A stretch of DNA of 38,395 nt from the NCBI GenBank assembly GCA_016744615.1, contig JADGEA010000012.1, positions 1 to 38,395 of the forward strand. The letters are read 5' to 3'. Positions 9,651 through 20,500 of the stretch are shown here, in pieces (positions within the stretch are counted from its first letter, which is position 1; the number at the start of each line of letters is the position of its first letter). Made by a program: the position numbers and the translations under genes. A model generated the notes under the pieces. That model was not told the DNA's origin. It saw only the letters and a program-made list of their open reading frames with translations, and ran no database searches. This DNA comes from Flavobacteriaceae bacterium. Its GTDB lineage: Bacteria; Bacteroidota; Bacteroidia; Flavobacteriales; Flavobacteriaceae.

Positions 9651-9799
9651 ATGAATAAAAAAAGTGTATAAATTGTAACAGTTCAATTCTTAAAAAGAAT
9701 GGTATTGGTAATGGCAAGCAAAAGTATAAATGTTATGCATGTGGCAAGCAATTTGTTAATGGAACTAGACTTGATTCTGGGATAATATGGAAGGTATAG
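9651..9799 (+). pseudogene. relic of IS1/IS1595-type transposase N-terminal zinc-ribbon (InsA-like), frameshifted and truncated
   Basis: Reads MNKK..CINCNSSILKKNGIGNGKQKYKCYACGKQFVNG.. if the A7 tract at 9657-9663 is read as A8. This gives the C-x2-C ... NG ... GKQ+YKC-x2-CGK-F zinc-ribbon pattern of IS1-family InsA-like N-termini. It stops after ~48 codons, right at the 3' end of the GH92 gene. Confidence 0.4.
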
Positions 9800-12025
9800 T
9801 TATTTTTTATTTTGACTATCACTTATAGATGGTGGTGGGTTTTTAATTCCCCACTCATTAGGAATGTTATTCATGTAAAGTTCTAAGATTCCCCCTTCAC
9901 TAATATCTGTATGTCTGAACCAAGACTGCAATAAAGACTTTCCATTTAAGATAGCTTTGGTAACATAGATGTTGTCTCCAGATAAGTTATGTACTCTAAT
10001 CTCAAATGTTTTACCATTATCCATCTTTATTTTGGTATTTCCAATAATAGGACTACCTATTAAATATACATCTTGACCGGCATTAGGAAAAATACCCATG
10101 GCTTGAAAAGCAAACCAGGAAGACATTGACCCTGAATCATCATTACCGGGTAAGCCACCTCTACCACCATGATAATATTCAGTAATTATTCTATGAATAA
10201 TCTTTGCTGACTTATCGTATCTTCCAGCCCATACATATAAATTAGGAGTTAAAAAACCAGGTTCATTTTCTATGATATAATATTTTCTTTTAAAAAACGT
10301 ATCTAATCTGTTTACAAAGGCTTTATTCCCTCCTGATAATTTTATTAACTCTTTTACATCTTGAGGGACATACAAAGAATATTCCCATGAAATACTTTCA
10401 TAGAAGAAATTATGCCAAGTTCCTCTTTTAAAAAGCGAAAAGTCATCGATCCATTCTCCTTGTTTATTTTTTGGACTAATAAATCCAGTTACACCATGAC
10501 TTTCTATAGGCTTCCATAAATTTCTCCAATTTGAAGCTCTACTTTTATATTTTTGATAATCATCTTCTTTTCCAAGTCCTTTTGCTACTTGGGCAATTCC
10601 CCAATCACAATTTGCATATTCTACAGTTCGTGTTCCTGCACGCTCATAAGAAGTTGATACATAACCTAACGTATTATAATCACTAAGTCCACCCCGACCT
10701 TCTTTTCGTTCATTGTTAGGAGCTATTTCTGCATTTTTTATCATCGCTTGATAAGCTATTTCATAATTAATACCTTTAATTCCTTTTACATAAGCATCTG
10801 CAATTACCAAATCACAATTGCTTCCTCCTTGTGTAAGACCATTATCATTTCCACTTCTTCCATCAGGCATATAACCTTCTTTTTCATAAATATTTAATAA
10901 TGAATTAATAATGTCTACCTGTGTTTTTGTATCAACTAATGTCAGCAAAGGATGTAATGTTCTAAAGGTGTCCCATATAGCGTAATAATCGTCATAATAT
11001 ACATCATCGGGATTCCAATTTTTAATTTCACCTGTTTTTTTAACGGGTTGCAAAAAAGAATGATATAAAGCTGTATAAAATATTTTTTTTATATCTTCTG
11101 ATGTTCCTGAAATTTCAATTTTACTTAGTTTTTTATTCCATTGAGTTTCAGCATTACTTTTTATTTTTTCAAAGTCCCAATACGGATTTTCCATTTCAAG
11201 ATTCATTTTTGCTTTTTTGATACTTAAAAATGATATCCCAACTTTTACTTTAATTACCTGATTCTTTTTTACATTGTAAGTAAAATAAGCTCCAGTTTTT
11301 TCACCGGTATCATGCTGTTTTTTTTGAAGTTCCTGTTTTTTACCAGACTTCCATGTTCCATAAGTATCTGAGGGTGTATCAAGTATCGCATAAAAATATA
11401 CAGTATAAGGTTTTCCTTTGTTCCATCCTCCTTTAATAGTTGTAGTACCTTGTACTTCGCTAGCGTTTAAAATATTTACAGAAGAACCTACTAATTGTTG
11501 ATCTTCTCCATACGCCCAACTTCGTGTTAAAAAACTTCCCAAATCAAGTAGCACGTGTGCATCACCTTCTTTTTGAAAAATATATTTATGAAAACCTGAA
11601 CTATGAGTTGTTGTTAATTCGACATTAATATTATAATCTTCTAAATCAACACTATAATACCCAGGAGATGCTTTCTCATTTTTTCTGGGAGAAGAATAAT
11701 CAATAATATTCAAATCTCCCATTGTCGTAGTTAATAGCACATTCCCATATTTTGGACCACCACCTGTTCCGCTAACATGGGTATGGCTAAAGCCCAAAAT
11801 ATCTCCTGTAGGATGATATCCTGAATTTGTATCTCTACGAAAACAATCTGGACCTAATTTCACCATTCCATAAGGTAAACTAACCCCGGGGAAAGTATTC
11901 CCTTTATTTTCTACCCCAATAAATGGATCAACATATTTTGTGTAATTTAAAATAACACCCTGTGAGTAAACATTGATGTTTATTAGACTTACTAAAGCTC
12001 CAATTAAGAAATATTTATATTTCAT
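9800..12025 (-). CDS. GH92 family alpha-mannosidase (alpha-1,2-mannosidase-like), secreted
   Basis: 741 aa with a signal peptide. GH92 N-terminal signature YVDPFIGV..GNTFPGVSLPYGMVKLGPD. C-terminal catalytic signature GGLPGNDDSGSMSSWFAFQAMGIFP (the GNDD.G.MS.W motif). Confidence 0.85.
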   Translation of the reverse strand: MKYKYFLIGALVSLININVYSQGVILNYTKYVDPFIGVENKGNTFPGVSLPYGMVKLGPDCFRRDTNSGYHPTGDILGFSHTHVSGTGGGPKYGNVLLTTTMGDLNIIDYSSPRKNEKASPGYYSVDLEDYNINVELTTTHSSGFHKYIFQKEGDAHVLLDLGSFLTRSWAYGEDQQLVGSSVNILNASEVQGTTTIKGGWNKGKPYTVYFYAILDTPSDTYGTWKSGKKQELQKKQHDTGEKTGAYFTYNVKKNQVIKVKVGISFLSIKKAKMNLEMENPYWDFEKIKSNAETQWNKKLSKIEISGTSEDIKKIFYTALYHSFLQPVKKTGEIKNWNPDDVYYDDYYAIWDTFRTLHPLLTLVDTKTQVDIINSLLNIYEKEGYMPDGRSGNDNGLTQGGSNCDLVIADAYVKGIKGINYEIAYQAMIKNAEIAPNNERKEGRGGLSDYNTLGYVSTSYERAGTRTVEYANCDWGIAQVAKGLGKEDDYQKYKSRASNWRNLWKPIESHGVTGFISPKNKQGEWIDDFSLFKRGTWHNFFYESISWEYSLYVPQDVKELIKLSGGNKAFVNRLDTFFKRKYYIIENEPGFLTPNLYVWAGRYDKSAKIIHRIITEYYHGGRGGLPGNDDSGSMSSWFAFQAMGIFPNAGQDVYLIGSPIIGNTKIKMDNGKTFEIRVHNLSGDNIYVTKAILNGKSLLQSWFRHTDISEGGILELYMNNIPNEWGIKNPPPSISDSQNKK

Positions 12026-12176
12026 TTATTATAATTTTTAATTTATTTATTACTATTCTTTCTAGTTTTCTGACAAAAGTAGAATTACTTCTTTTTACAA
12101 ATATGATTCACTTAAATCATTGAAACTAATAACCTAGCCTTTTAAACCTTATTTCGTTAAAAGTTAAATAACTAAT

Positions 12177-14291
12177 TCATAACGGATCTTTTAGCCCCCA
12201 TTTTTTATTTGGAATAGCCCCCATTTTAAAAATTAATTTTCCTCCCGATAAGATTTCATTATGCCTTATCCATGCTCTATTCAAAGGTTTACCATTTAGC
12301 ATTGCGGACTGAATATATATATTTATATCACTCACATCATCTGCTTGAATAACAAATGTGTTTTTTGTGTCAATATGTATCGTTACCTTTTTAAATAAAG
12401 GAGAACAAATTGCATAAAAAGGCTCGCCAGGACATACTGGATATATTCCCATAGAAGCAAAAATATACCATCCTGACATTGTTCCCGCATCATCGTCCAT
12501 ATCTGTAATATACCCTTCTGGTGTATCCAAAAACACCTCACGTATTATGGGTTCTTTAAATATTTTACTACCATATCGATTTATTGTTGGTTCTGTGAGA
12601 ATTTGATGAACTAGTTTTTGAGTTTTCCATGGAGAATCAGTATAAAGATAAAGAAAGGGAACTTGAATATCTGGTTGATTTCCAACATTAAAAAGATTGT
12701 TAGCAAAAAAATAATCCAATTGCTTTTCAAAAATATGTTTGCCTCCTAACTTTTCTTGTATTCCTCTTATATCAAAAGGAACAAACCAACGGTATTGCCA
12801 TAATGTGCCTTGATAAAGGCCAGCACCCTCCATAAGATCTGCATCTTTACCCATAATTTTAAATTTTTCGTCCCACACTTTTTCATATTCATATGCTTTG
12901 TCAATGTATGTTTTTGAATCTTCAACATAACCTAATTTTTCGGCTATTTTAGACATAGCCCATAAATCATAACTCGATTCCAAAATTTTATCAGGTGTTT
13001 CAAAAGAGAGGTTTTTAATTTCCTCTTGTAATTTTGGGTAAATATTTTCCAAAGAATAATTCAATAAATTTTTTTCTAAAGCATCTAATAAAACAGTTAT
13101 AGAATGTTCTGTTCGTACTGTTAAAAAAGGTTCTGTAGGTGTTGACCAATCTACTTTCCCTTGCTTATATAGCTCACCTAATGAAGTCATCATATCAATA
13201 TAATGTTCACGATATAATAAAGAGAAGAGCGGCAGCTTAGTTCTAAATGTATCCCAAATAGACCATCCATAAAAATGGTTTTTTTGTTTTGTTTTATAGA
13301 GTTCTCCATCACTTCCTCGATATTCTCCTCCCTGATCCTGAATGATGAATGGGGTTTGAACTACATGGTATAAATGTGTGTAAAATTTTCGCTTTAATAT
13401 ACTATCCGAGGTTTCTATATCTACTGTTTGTAATATTTTCTCCCAATCATTAACTGCATTTTTCCGTACAGACGTGAAAGACACACTTGATTGTACATTA
13501 AGATTATTTTTTGCATTTTCTACACTCACAACCGAAAGCGCACAACGAACTAGTACTTCCTGATTCTTTAGTGATGAAAATTTTATTTCAATTTTTGATT
13601 CATTACTTGTAATTTTCACCTCTTCTTTATCAATAGATAATGCAAAATAGATTGTATAATCTCCCTTGTTACAAATATTACGAGATGATATTTTTCCAAA
13701 AATGACACCTGACGTATCTATTTGATGTTCTTCATAATTATTCCCTACAAAACTAGATGCTAAATCAATAACTAAACCTACATGTTCTGATTTAGGAAAT
13801 GTATATCTGTGAAAAGCTACTTGTCGAGTAGCAGTTAATTCTGCTTGTACTTTGTTTTCCAACACTACCGAATAGTATCCAACCGAAGCAATTTCTGTTT
13901 TTTTATCTAATTTTAGTGATTTTGAAATCTTTTGATTGCCATCAGTTAATACAAAGGGTAATATTCGAATATTACCTCCTACGCCCTGACATCCAACACC
14001 TGAAAAACGAGTATTAGAGAATCCTAATATTGTTTGAGCAGAAAAATCATATCCAGAATAGCCCAAAGGATCTGAATCTGGTGCTGGTTTTACCATCCCA
14101 AAAGGGACAGCAGCAGCAGGATCTGTGTGTCCATGCTCACCTGATGTACACATAAATGGATCGATAAAATTATTTTTTCTATTGCTTTTCTGTAGGTTAA
14201 TTTGTGGACTACATGCCATAAATAATAACAAAATCACAGGTGAAATTAATTTCATTGTGGCACTTTTTTCATAATTAATTCCATGTATCAT
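12177..14291 (-). CDS. GH92 family alpha-mannosidase, lipoprotein
   Basis: 704 aa. IDPFMCTSGEHGHTDPAAAVPFGMVKPAPDS near the N-terminus and DMDDDAGTMSGWYIFASMGIYPVCPG near the C-terminus match GH92 signatures. The start is probably the internal Met at 14255 (MKLISPVILLLFMAC lipobox). Confidence 0.85.
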   Translation of the reverse strand: MIHGINYEKSATMKLISPVILLLFMACSPQINLQKSNRKNNFIDPFMCTSGEHGHTDPAAAVPFGMVKPAPDSDPLGYSGYDFSAQTILGFSNTRFSGVGCQGVGGNIRILPFVLTDGNQKISKSLKLDKKTEIASVGYYSVVLENKVQAELTATRQVAFHRYTFPKSEHVGLVIDLASSFVGNNYEEHQIDTSGVIFGKISSRNICNKGDYTIYFALSIDKEEVKITSNESKIEIKFSSLKNQEVLVRCALSVVSVENAKNNLNVQSSVSFTSVRKNAVNDWEKILQTVDIETSDSILKRKFYTHLYHVVQTPFIIQDQGGEYRGSDGELYKTKQKNHFYGWSIWDTFRTKLPLFSLLYREHYIDMMTSLGELYKQGKVDWSTPTEPFLTVRTEHSITVLLDALEKNLLNYSLENIYPKLQEEIKNLSFETPDKILESSYDLWAMSKIAEKLGYVEDSKTYIDKAYEYEKVWDEKFKIMGKDADLMEGAGLYQGTLWQYRWFVPFDIRGIQEKLGGKHIFEKQLDYFFANNLFNVGNQPDIQVPFLYLYTDSPWKTQKLVHQILTEPTINRYGSKIFKEPIIREVFLDTPEGYITDMDDDAGTMSGWYIFASMGIYPVCPGEPFYAICSPLFKKVTIHIDTKNTFVIQADDVSDINIYIQSAMLNGKPLNRAWIRHNEILSGGKLIFKMGAIPNKKWGLKDPL

Positions 14292-14306
14292 ATTTATAGA
14301 TATGGG

Positions 14307-15554
14307 CTATTTTTCACCGGGAGAATAATCATTTGAATTCACCGGATTAATCCGGACGGGATTATTTCCTGGCAGAGTAATATAATAATCAGTCCCGTAA
14401 GCATTTCCTGGCTTAAAATAATCAGTAGAAAGTACTTGGGCACCACTTTCGAAAGCAGCTACAGACCTTGTTCTGTCATTTACTTTCGCTTCATAAGTGT
14501 CAATGTCTGTTCTTGATCTTACTAAGTATCCATTTTTGACATGCTCCATTATCTCATTTTTTCTAATGATAGCATTGTCCAATAGAAGAAATGCAGAATA
14601 TGGCCTTCCAGGTTGTGATTGTAAGAACATTGCCCTTCCCTCTAAGGATGGTCTATCTTTTAAGTAAGGAGTTGGGTTTTCAATATTAGCACCAGCAGTT
14701 GAAGGTAGTAGCATAAAGAGGAACTTTCCTCTAGAATTTGTTAATAATGGCCAGTTTTGTGCTTTTACTGCTTCTTCCAATGTAGAATATTTACCTCGTA
14801 CTTGGTCAGGAGTGATGACCTTATCCTTTCCAAGTATTGAAAAAATTTTTTCGTCCAATGCATCAAATGCTTCCTCATCAAACGGTAAAACTTTTGTGGA
14901 GTTTGGGAATATTGGCATACCGCTATCTTTCGCTTCAATAATAATGAAGATAGGAATATGTTTAGAATTCTTATCTGACCAACTCTTTAAAGCTTTTAGA
15001 GCTAGTGAGAAAGTAGGGTAATGTGATCTAAAATCGATATCAGCGATGTGCATTACCTTAAATCCAGGTTCAGACAAATCAGTCGTGTCAAATGGTAATA
15101 AGTCTTTCTTACCTTGTTTTTTAAGAAATTCGTAAGCAGCAGGTTTTGTAAATCTCCCCCCTTTTGGATCATAGTACACATCGATTTCAAAAGAGCGTAA
15201 TCCTGCATTCAACTGCTCATTAAAATTTGGATGGTTATAAGACAGACTTTCCCTGAATTTTATTTTATTAGGGTGGTATTCATTAAAAAAAACTTTTTGT
15301 TCATCTGTCATCTGAGTAAAATATTTATCTATCATTCCTTCTAATACAGGGTCTAAATAATTCAGTACTGCTGTGTCGATGGGTTTTGAATAACTATTAT
15401 GCGTTCCTAAAACCTGAATTTGATTAATTTTGAGGTTAGATGGTAGGGTTAGGTCTGATGTTTTGATATCAATATCATTTTTTTTTAATTCAATATTGCA
15501 AGAAATGGTTAGTAAGTAAATCGTAATTAATGTAAAAGAAGTGAAGATTTTCAT
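14307..15554 (-). CDS. PI-PLC X-domain (Ca2+-dependent phosphoinositide phospholipase C-like) phosphodiesterase, lipoprotein
   Basis: 415 aa with a lipoprotein signal (LLTISC). The QVLGTHNSY motif matches the catalytic His box of the PLC X-domain TIM barrel. The size and the motif order fit the PLC-like phosphodiesterase superfamily. Confidence 0.55.
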   Translation of the reverse strand: MKIFTSFTLITIYLLTISCNIELKKNDIDIKTSDLTLPSNLKINQIQVLGTHNSYSKPIDTAVLNYLDPVLEGMIDKYFTQMTDEQKVFFNEYHPNKIKFRESLSYNHPNFNEQLNAGLRSFEIDVYYDPKGGRFTKPAAYEFLKKQGKKDLLPFDTTDLSEPGFKVMHIADIDFRSHYPTFSLALKALKSWSDKNSKHIPIFIIIEAKDSGMPIFPNSTKVLPFDEEAFDALDEKIFSILGKDKVITPDQVRGKYSTLEEAVKAQNWPLLTNSRGKFLFMLLPSTAGANIENPTPYLKDRPSLEGRAMFLQSQPGRPYSAFLLLDNAIIRKNEIMEHVKNGYLVRSRTDIDTYEAKVNDRTRSVAAFESGAQVLSTDYFKPGNAYGTDYYITLPGNNPVRINPVNSNDYSPGEK

Positions 15555-15795
15555 TGGGTTTGCCTATTTATTAAGTTATTTAAGAGTTTCTTTTAAATTG
15601 TAGATATATTTTCTATAGCATACAACTCCTTATACGCTCAAGTTAACATGATTAAATTCTGTCTCTAAAATCTGTGTTTTGTTTAGAAAGTTGAATATCA
15701 AGAATTGTACAGTCCTAAAAATATGAGTTTACTATCGTAAACGACTATTTTGAGTACAAACATAACGAAGATAGCAGAATTTCTAAACCAAATAT

Positions 15796-15840
15796 TAACT
15801 CAATACATCGAAGAATTTATTTCTTCGATGTATTGAGTTA
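15796..15840 (-). terminator. 20-bp perfect hairpin downstream of susD (attenuator or terminator within the PUL operon)
   Basis: taactcaatacatcgaagaa - tttat - ttcttcgatgtattgagtta is a perfect 20-bp inverted repeat with a 5-nt loop. It sits in the 340-bp susD-to-PLC intergenic region. No clean U-tract follows it. Confidence 0.4.
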
Positions 15841-15894
15841 ATTAGCTGTCAAAAGGTTTTATTAATAGCTAGTTATAACTATTATCTATAAATA

Positions 15895-17547
15895 TTAATA
15901 TCCTGGGTTTTGTGTGCTTAGTGAGTTCCCTCCTTCGTCAGTTCCTCCTCCGTCAATTTGACTTTGAGGAATCGGCATATATTCGTTTTTACCTGACACA
16001 AATGTTGCGCCACCTAAATAACCTCTTTCAATTTGTTCCTTTATGAGATATGTATTTATCACTTCAGCTGCAATACCCCATCGAACTAAATCGAAGAATC
16101 GTTGTCCTTCGTGCGCCATTTCTAAACGTCTTTCTGCACGTAAAGCTGTAACAGCTTCATCTTTTGAAGCAAAAGTATTATAAGTCTCTATCAGATAGTT
16201 TGCTGCATCAGCAGTGTTATCTAAATTTTGAATATAGTTTCCTGTTTTAGCTCTATCTCGTACCATATTGATATACACTCTACCACCCGGTAAATCACCA
16301 AGTTCAATTAAAGCTTCTGCTTTCCAAAGTAATACATCGGCATAACGGATAATTAGATAATTTGAAGATGTAACATAAGGCCATGATGCTAAATAATGAG
16401 GATCATTTGCTGACATTACCCTTTTTTTAGGTCCATAAGGTCCATAAGTTTCTAAATCTCTAGCCCAACTATCGCTATATTCAATTTCTAAATCCTTGTA
16501 TGGAATTCCTGGTCTTCCAACAGTTACATCCAATCTTGGATCTACAGTATTTGTATCTGTAATATCTACATTATCCAATAATGGCAATCCATTAACATCT
16601 GTTTTGAAAGAATTGACTAAATTTTGTGAAGCTCTTAAAAAACCATAACCTGGGTATCTTGGACCACCTGGAGGCATTAAACGATCACCTATAGAACCGT
16701 TATAATTTCTTGGAGAACCATCATTAATAGAATATTGAATAGAAAAAACAACTTCAGAACCATTATCATTATCAGGTAAAAATACTTCATTGAAATTTGT
16801 TTCTAAAACATATCCACCTTCATCAATAACAGCAGAAGCTGCAAGACTAGCTTCAGTCCATTTTTTTTGGTATAAATATGTTTTACTCAAATATGCTTTG
16901 GCAGCCCATTTTGTTGGGCGTCCAAAATCTGCTTGCGTACCAGGTAAAACATCAAAGGCTGCATTAAAATCATCTTCTATTTTAATCCATACTTGTTCAG
17001 GTGTTATTAATGTATTAGGCAAATAATTTCCATTTTCATCTATGTATGAAATTCGATTATACAATTTTTTTAATTCAAAATAAAAATGACCTCTTAAAAA
17101 ACGCATTTCTGCAATACGTTGTGTCTTTAAGGTTTCACTAATTTCGGTTGAATTATTTAAAACATTAAGAACTGTATTACTTCGTTTTACTCCTTCATAA
17201 AGTACTGCCCATTTTTGTTCAACGTCTCTTATTTGAGGGTCGGTTGCATAAATTTCCATTCGATGAATTTGATTTTGATCACCAGTTCCTCCACCGCCTT
17301 TATATGCGTCATCAGAAAGAACATCGCCAAAACTCCAATTAGATGCTGGTGAATTAAAGGCATTACTTGCTTCGTTTCCCTGACCATTTAAAATACTATA
17401 TGCAGAAATCACTAAAGATTCAATATTCTCTGGCGCACCAACCTGTTCTTCAGTAAGTTCTCCATAGGGTTCATTTTCTAAGAATTCATCACTACAAGAA
17501 GTAAAAAAAATTCCTATAATAAATACTATATATATTATATTTTTCAT
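15895..17547 (-). CDS. susD: SusD/RagB family nutrient-binding outer membrane lipoprotein
   Basis: 550 aa with a lipoprotein signal (FFTSCSDEF). TPR-like helical SusD architecture. Lies immediately downstream of susC with a 12-nt gap. Confidence 0.9.
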   Translation of the reverse strand: MKNIIYIVFIIGIFFTSCSDEFLENEPYGELTEEQVGAPENIESLVISAYSILNGQGNEASNAFNSPASNWSFGDVLSDDAYKGGGGTGDQNQIHRMEIYATDPQIRDVEQKWAVLYEGVKRSNTVLNVLNNSTEISETLKTQRIAEMRFLRGHFYFELKKLYNRISYIDENGNYLPNTLITPEQVWIKIEDDFNAAFDVLPGTQADFGRPTKWAAKAYLSKTYLYQKKWTEASLAASAVIDEGGYVLETNFNEVFLPDNDNGSEVVFSIQYSINDGSPRNYNGSIGDRLMPPGGPRYPGYGFLRASQNLVNSFKTDVNGLPLLDNVDITDTNTVDPRLDVTVGRPGIPYKDLEIEYSDSWARDLETYGPYGPKKRVMSANDPHYLASWPYVTSSNYLIIRYADVLLWKAEALIELGDLPGGRVYINMVRDRAKTGNYIQNLDNTADAANYLIETYNTFASKDEAVTALRAERRLEMAHEGQRFFDLVRWGIAAEVINTYLIKEQIERGYLGGATFVSGKNEYMPIPQSQIDGGGTDEGGNSLSTQNPGY

Positions 17548-17559
17548 AATTGATTTTTG

Positions 17560-20500
17560 TTAAAAATTAATATTAATCCCAAAGGTAAATGTCTTTGAAC
17601 TAGGGTATATGCCTCTATCTACACCTATATCTAAATTTCGATCATCAGAGGTGTAACTCTGTAAACCGATTTCAGGATCTAAACCATCATAATTAGTAAT
17701 AGTAAACAAATTATAAGCTTCAAAATACACTCTAAATCGAGATGCTTTTATTTTTTGGGCTATACTTTCAGGAAATGAATATCCTACTTGAAATGTTTTT
17801 AATCGAAAATAAGAACCGTCTTGAACATAATAAGATGAAGGACGAATATTATTATTTAAATCATTTAATGAAACTCTTGCTAAATCAGTATTTGTATCTT
17901 GAGGTGTCCATGCATTTAAAATTCGTCCATGTTTATTATAATTTGCTAAATTGAAAAAATCGTTATAATAACGAGATAAATCATAGATGTCATTACCTTG
18001 TGAACCTTGAAAAAATAATGTAAAGTCAAAAGCTTTATAAACTGCTGACAAATTGATTCCATAGGTAATATCAGCATGTGGTGATCCTATAAAGGTTCTA
18101 TCTTCAGCATCAATTACACCATCTCCGTTTAAATCTTTAAAAATAAAATCTCCTGCTTGTGCATTGGGTTGAATACTGGATGTTGCATCTGCATCAGTTT
18201 GAAATATTCCATCAACTACATGACCATAAAAGGAAGCTATCGGCTGTCCTACTGCTGTTCTAGAAGTTGATTGATCAAAATTAATACTATGCAAAACTGC
18301 GGGGTCTGTTTCAATAAAATTAATTCCTTCACCTAAAGAAAGTAATTTATTATCGATTATCGCAAAGTTTAAACCTACGTTAAAGTTGAAATCTTTAGTA
18401 CGATTGCTTTGATAATTTATATCAAACTCAAATCCTTTATTTTCCATTTCACCTACATTATTCCATTGCCCTCTATTGGTAATACCCACATCTGGCGGAA
18501 GTGTTTGAAATAATAATAAATCTTCTGTATTTTTAATAAAATAATCTGCTGTAATATTTAATGAATTATTCAAAAATCCAAATTCTAATCCTATATTTGA
18601 TTGTGTTGTAGTTTCCCATTTCAAATCTGGATTTGCAATTCTTGATAAAGTATATCCTGTTTGTGTACTTGTTTGGGATCCGTTAATTGCATAATTGGAA
18701 TAATAAGGGTTACTACTAAATCCTGAAGCAGTTTGATAAGCAGGGATATCTTGATTTCCTGTTTTTCCCCAACCTATCCTTAATTTTAAATTAGATAATG
18801 TACCTTCTTTGTTAAAGAAATCTTCTTCTGAAATTCTCCACCCTGCAGATAGTGCAGGAAAAGTACCCCAACGATTGTCTAACAATTTAGAAGTTCCATC
18901 TCTTCTTAAAGTAGCTGAAAATAAATATTTATTGTCATAATTATAATTTATTTTCCCAAAATAAGAAAACAAGGTAAATTCTATTTTATCACCTGTGTTG
19001 GTTTGTGTACCTTGATCTCCTGCATTTAACACTCTAATATTAAGTTCATTTGTCGGTAAATCTTGTATTGAAGCAGTTGTATATTCAAATACATTCGAAA
19101 TGCTTTCTAAACCTACTAATACATTCAAATTGTGTTTATCATTGAATGTTTTTGTATAGTTTAATGTATTAGACCAAACCCAATCAAATTTTATCTCATT
19201 TACAATAGATAAATCATTTATTGCTCTATGAGCATTAGGTTCTACATAAGTAGGGTTAAAATTTTCACTTTTAAAAGTAGTGTAATTAACACCAAAATTT
19301 GTTTTGAATTTTAAGTCTTCAATTAATTGAATTTCAGCAAATAAGTTACCAAAAATCTTTACATTATTTCTCTCATTATCTTTGTTGCGGTATAAGTTTC
19401 CTAAAGGGTTTTGCACATCAGATGGTGGATACCCTGAAAACTCTCCATTTATATCATATACTGGTGCGATACTTGGCATTCTGAATGCATCGTAAACAAC
19501 ATTTCCTAACAAAGAATTTGTACTTGTGCCCACAGAATTCGAAAAGGCTACAGTTAAATTTTCTCCAACAGTAACTTTACCATCAAATAATTTGTAGTCT
19601 GAATTGAGGCGAGCTGTAATTCGATTAAAATTTGTATATTTTAATATACCTTCCTGATCAAAATAATTTAAAGAGAATAAAGAATGTGATTTCTCATTTC
19701 CTTGAGAGAAATTTAAATTATAAGATTGAATAAGTGCAGGGTTAAAAATTTCTTCAACCCATTTGGTATTAGCTGAAGGAATGGTGTTTTCTGCATCTAA
19801 AAAAGCAGGTATTACGGGAGAAGCTCCATTTCCATAAATAGCATGTGATGGAGTAATACCATCATTGTCATATGCTTGCCAATATACATCACCATATTCT
19901 TGAGCATCTAGCATGCTTGGTAAATTGGAAACGTTTTGACTACCTAAATACATATCAAAAGAAAGTTTAGGTTCACCTGCTTTACCTTTTTTAGTTGTAA
20001 TAATAACAACACCATTTGCTGCTCTTGAACCATAAATACTTGAGGATGATGCATCTTTTAATACTTGTAATGATTCAATATCATTTGGGTTAATCAAACT
20101 TAACCCGGTAGTTGTAGGAACACCATCAATCACATACAGAGGATCATTATTTCTAATCGTACTAAAACCTCTAATTCTAAGAGTAGTTACATCTCCAGGT
20201 GAACCTGAACTCATAACATTAACACCAGCAACTCTTCCTTGTAACATACTATTTACATCGGCTACTGGCTGGGTTACAACTTCATCAAGATTAACAATAG
20301 CAACAGCTCCTGTAAGGTCACTCTTTCGCTCTGAAGTATATCCAGTAACAATTACTTCATCTAAAGAAGATGTCTCTGATAGTAATTTAATGTTAATCAC
20401 ACTTTGATCATTAATCTCAATTTCTTGAGTTTCAAAACCCATATACGATACCATTAGTATTGTAGCATTCTCTGAAACAGTTATGCTATATTTTCCATCA

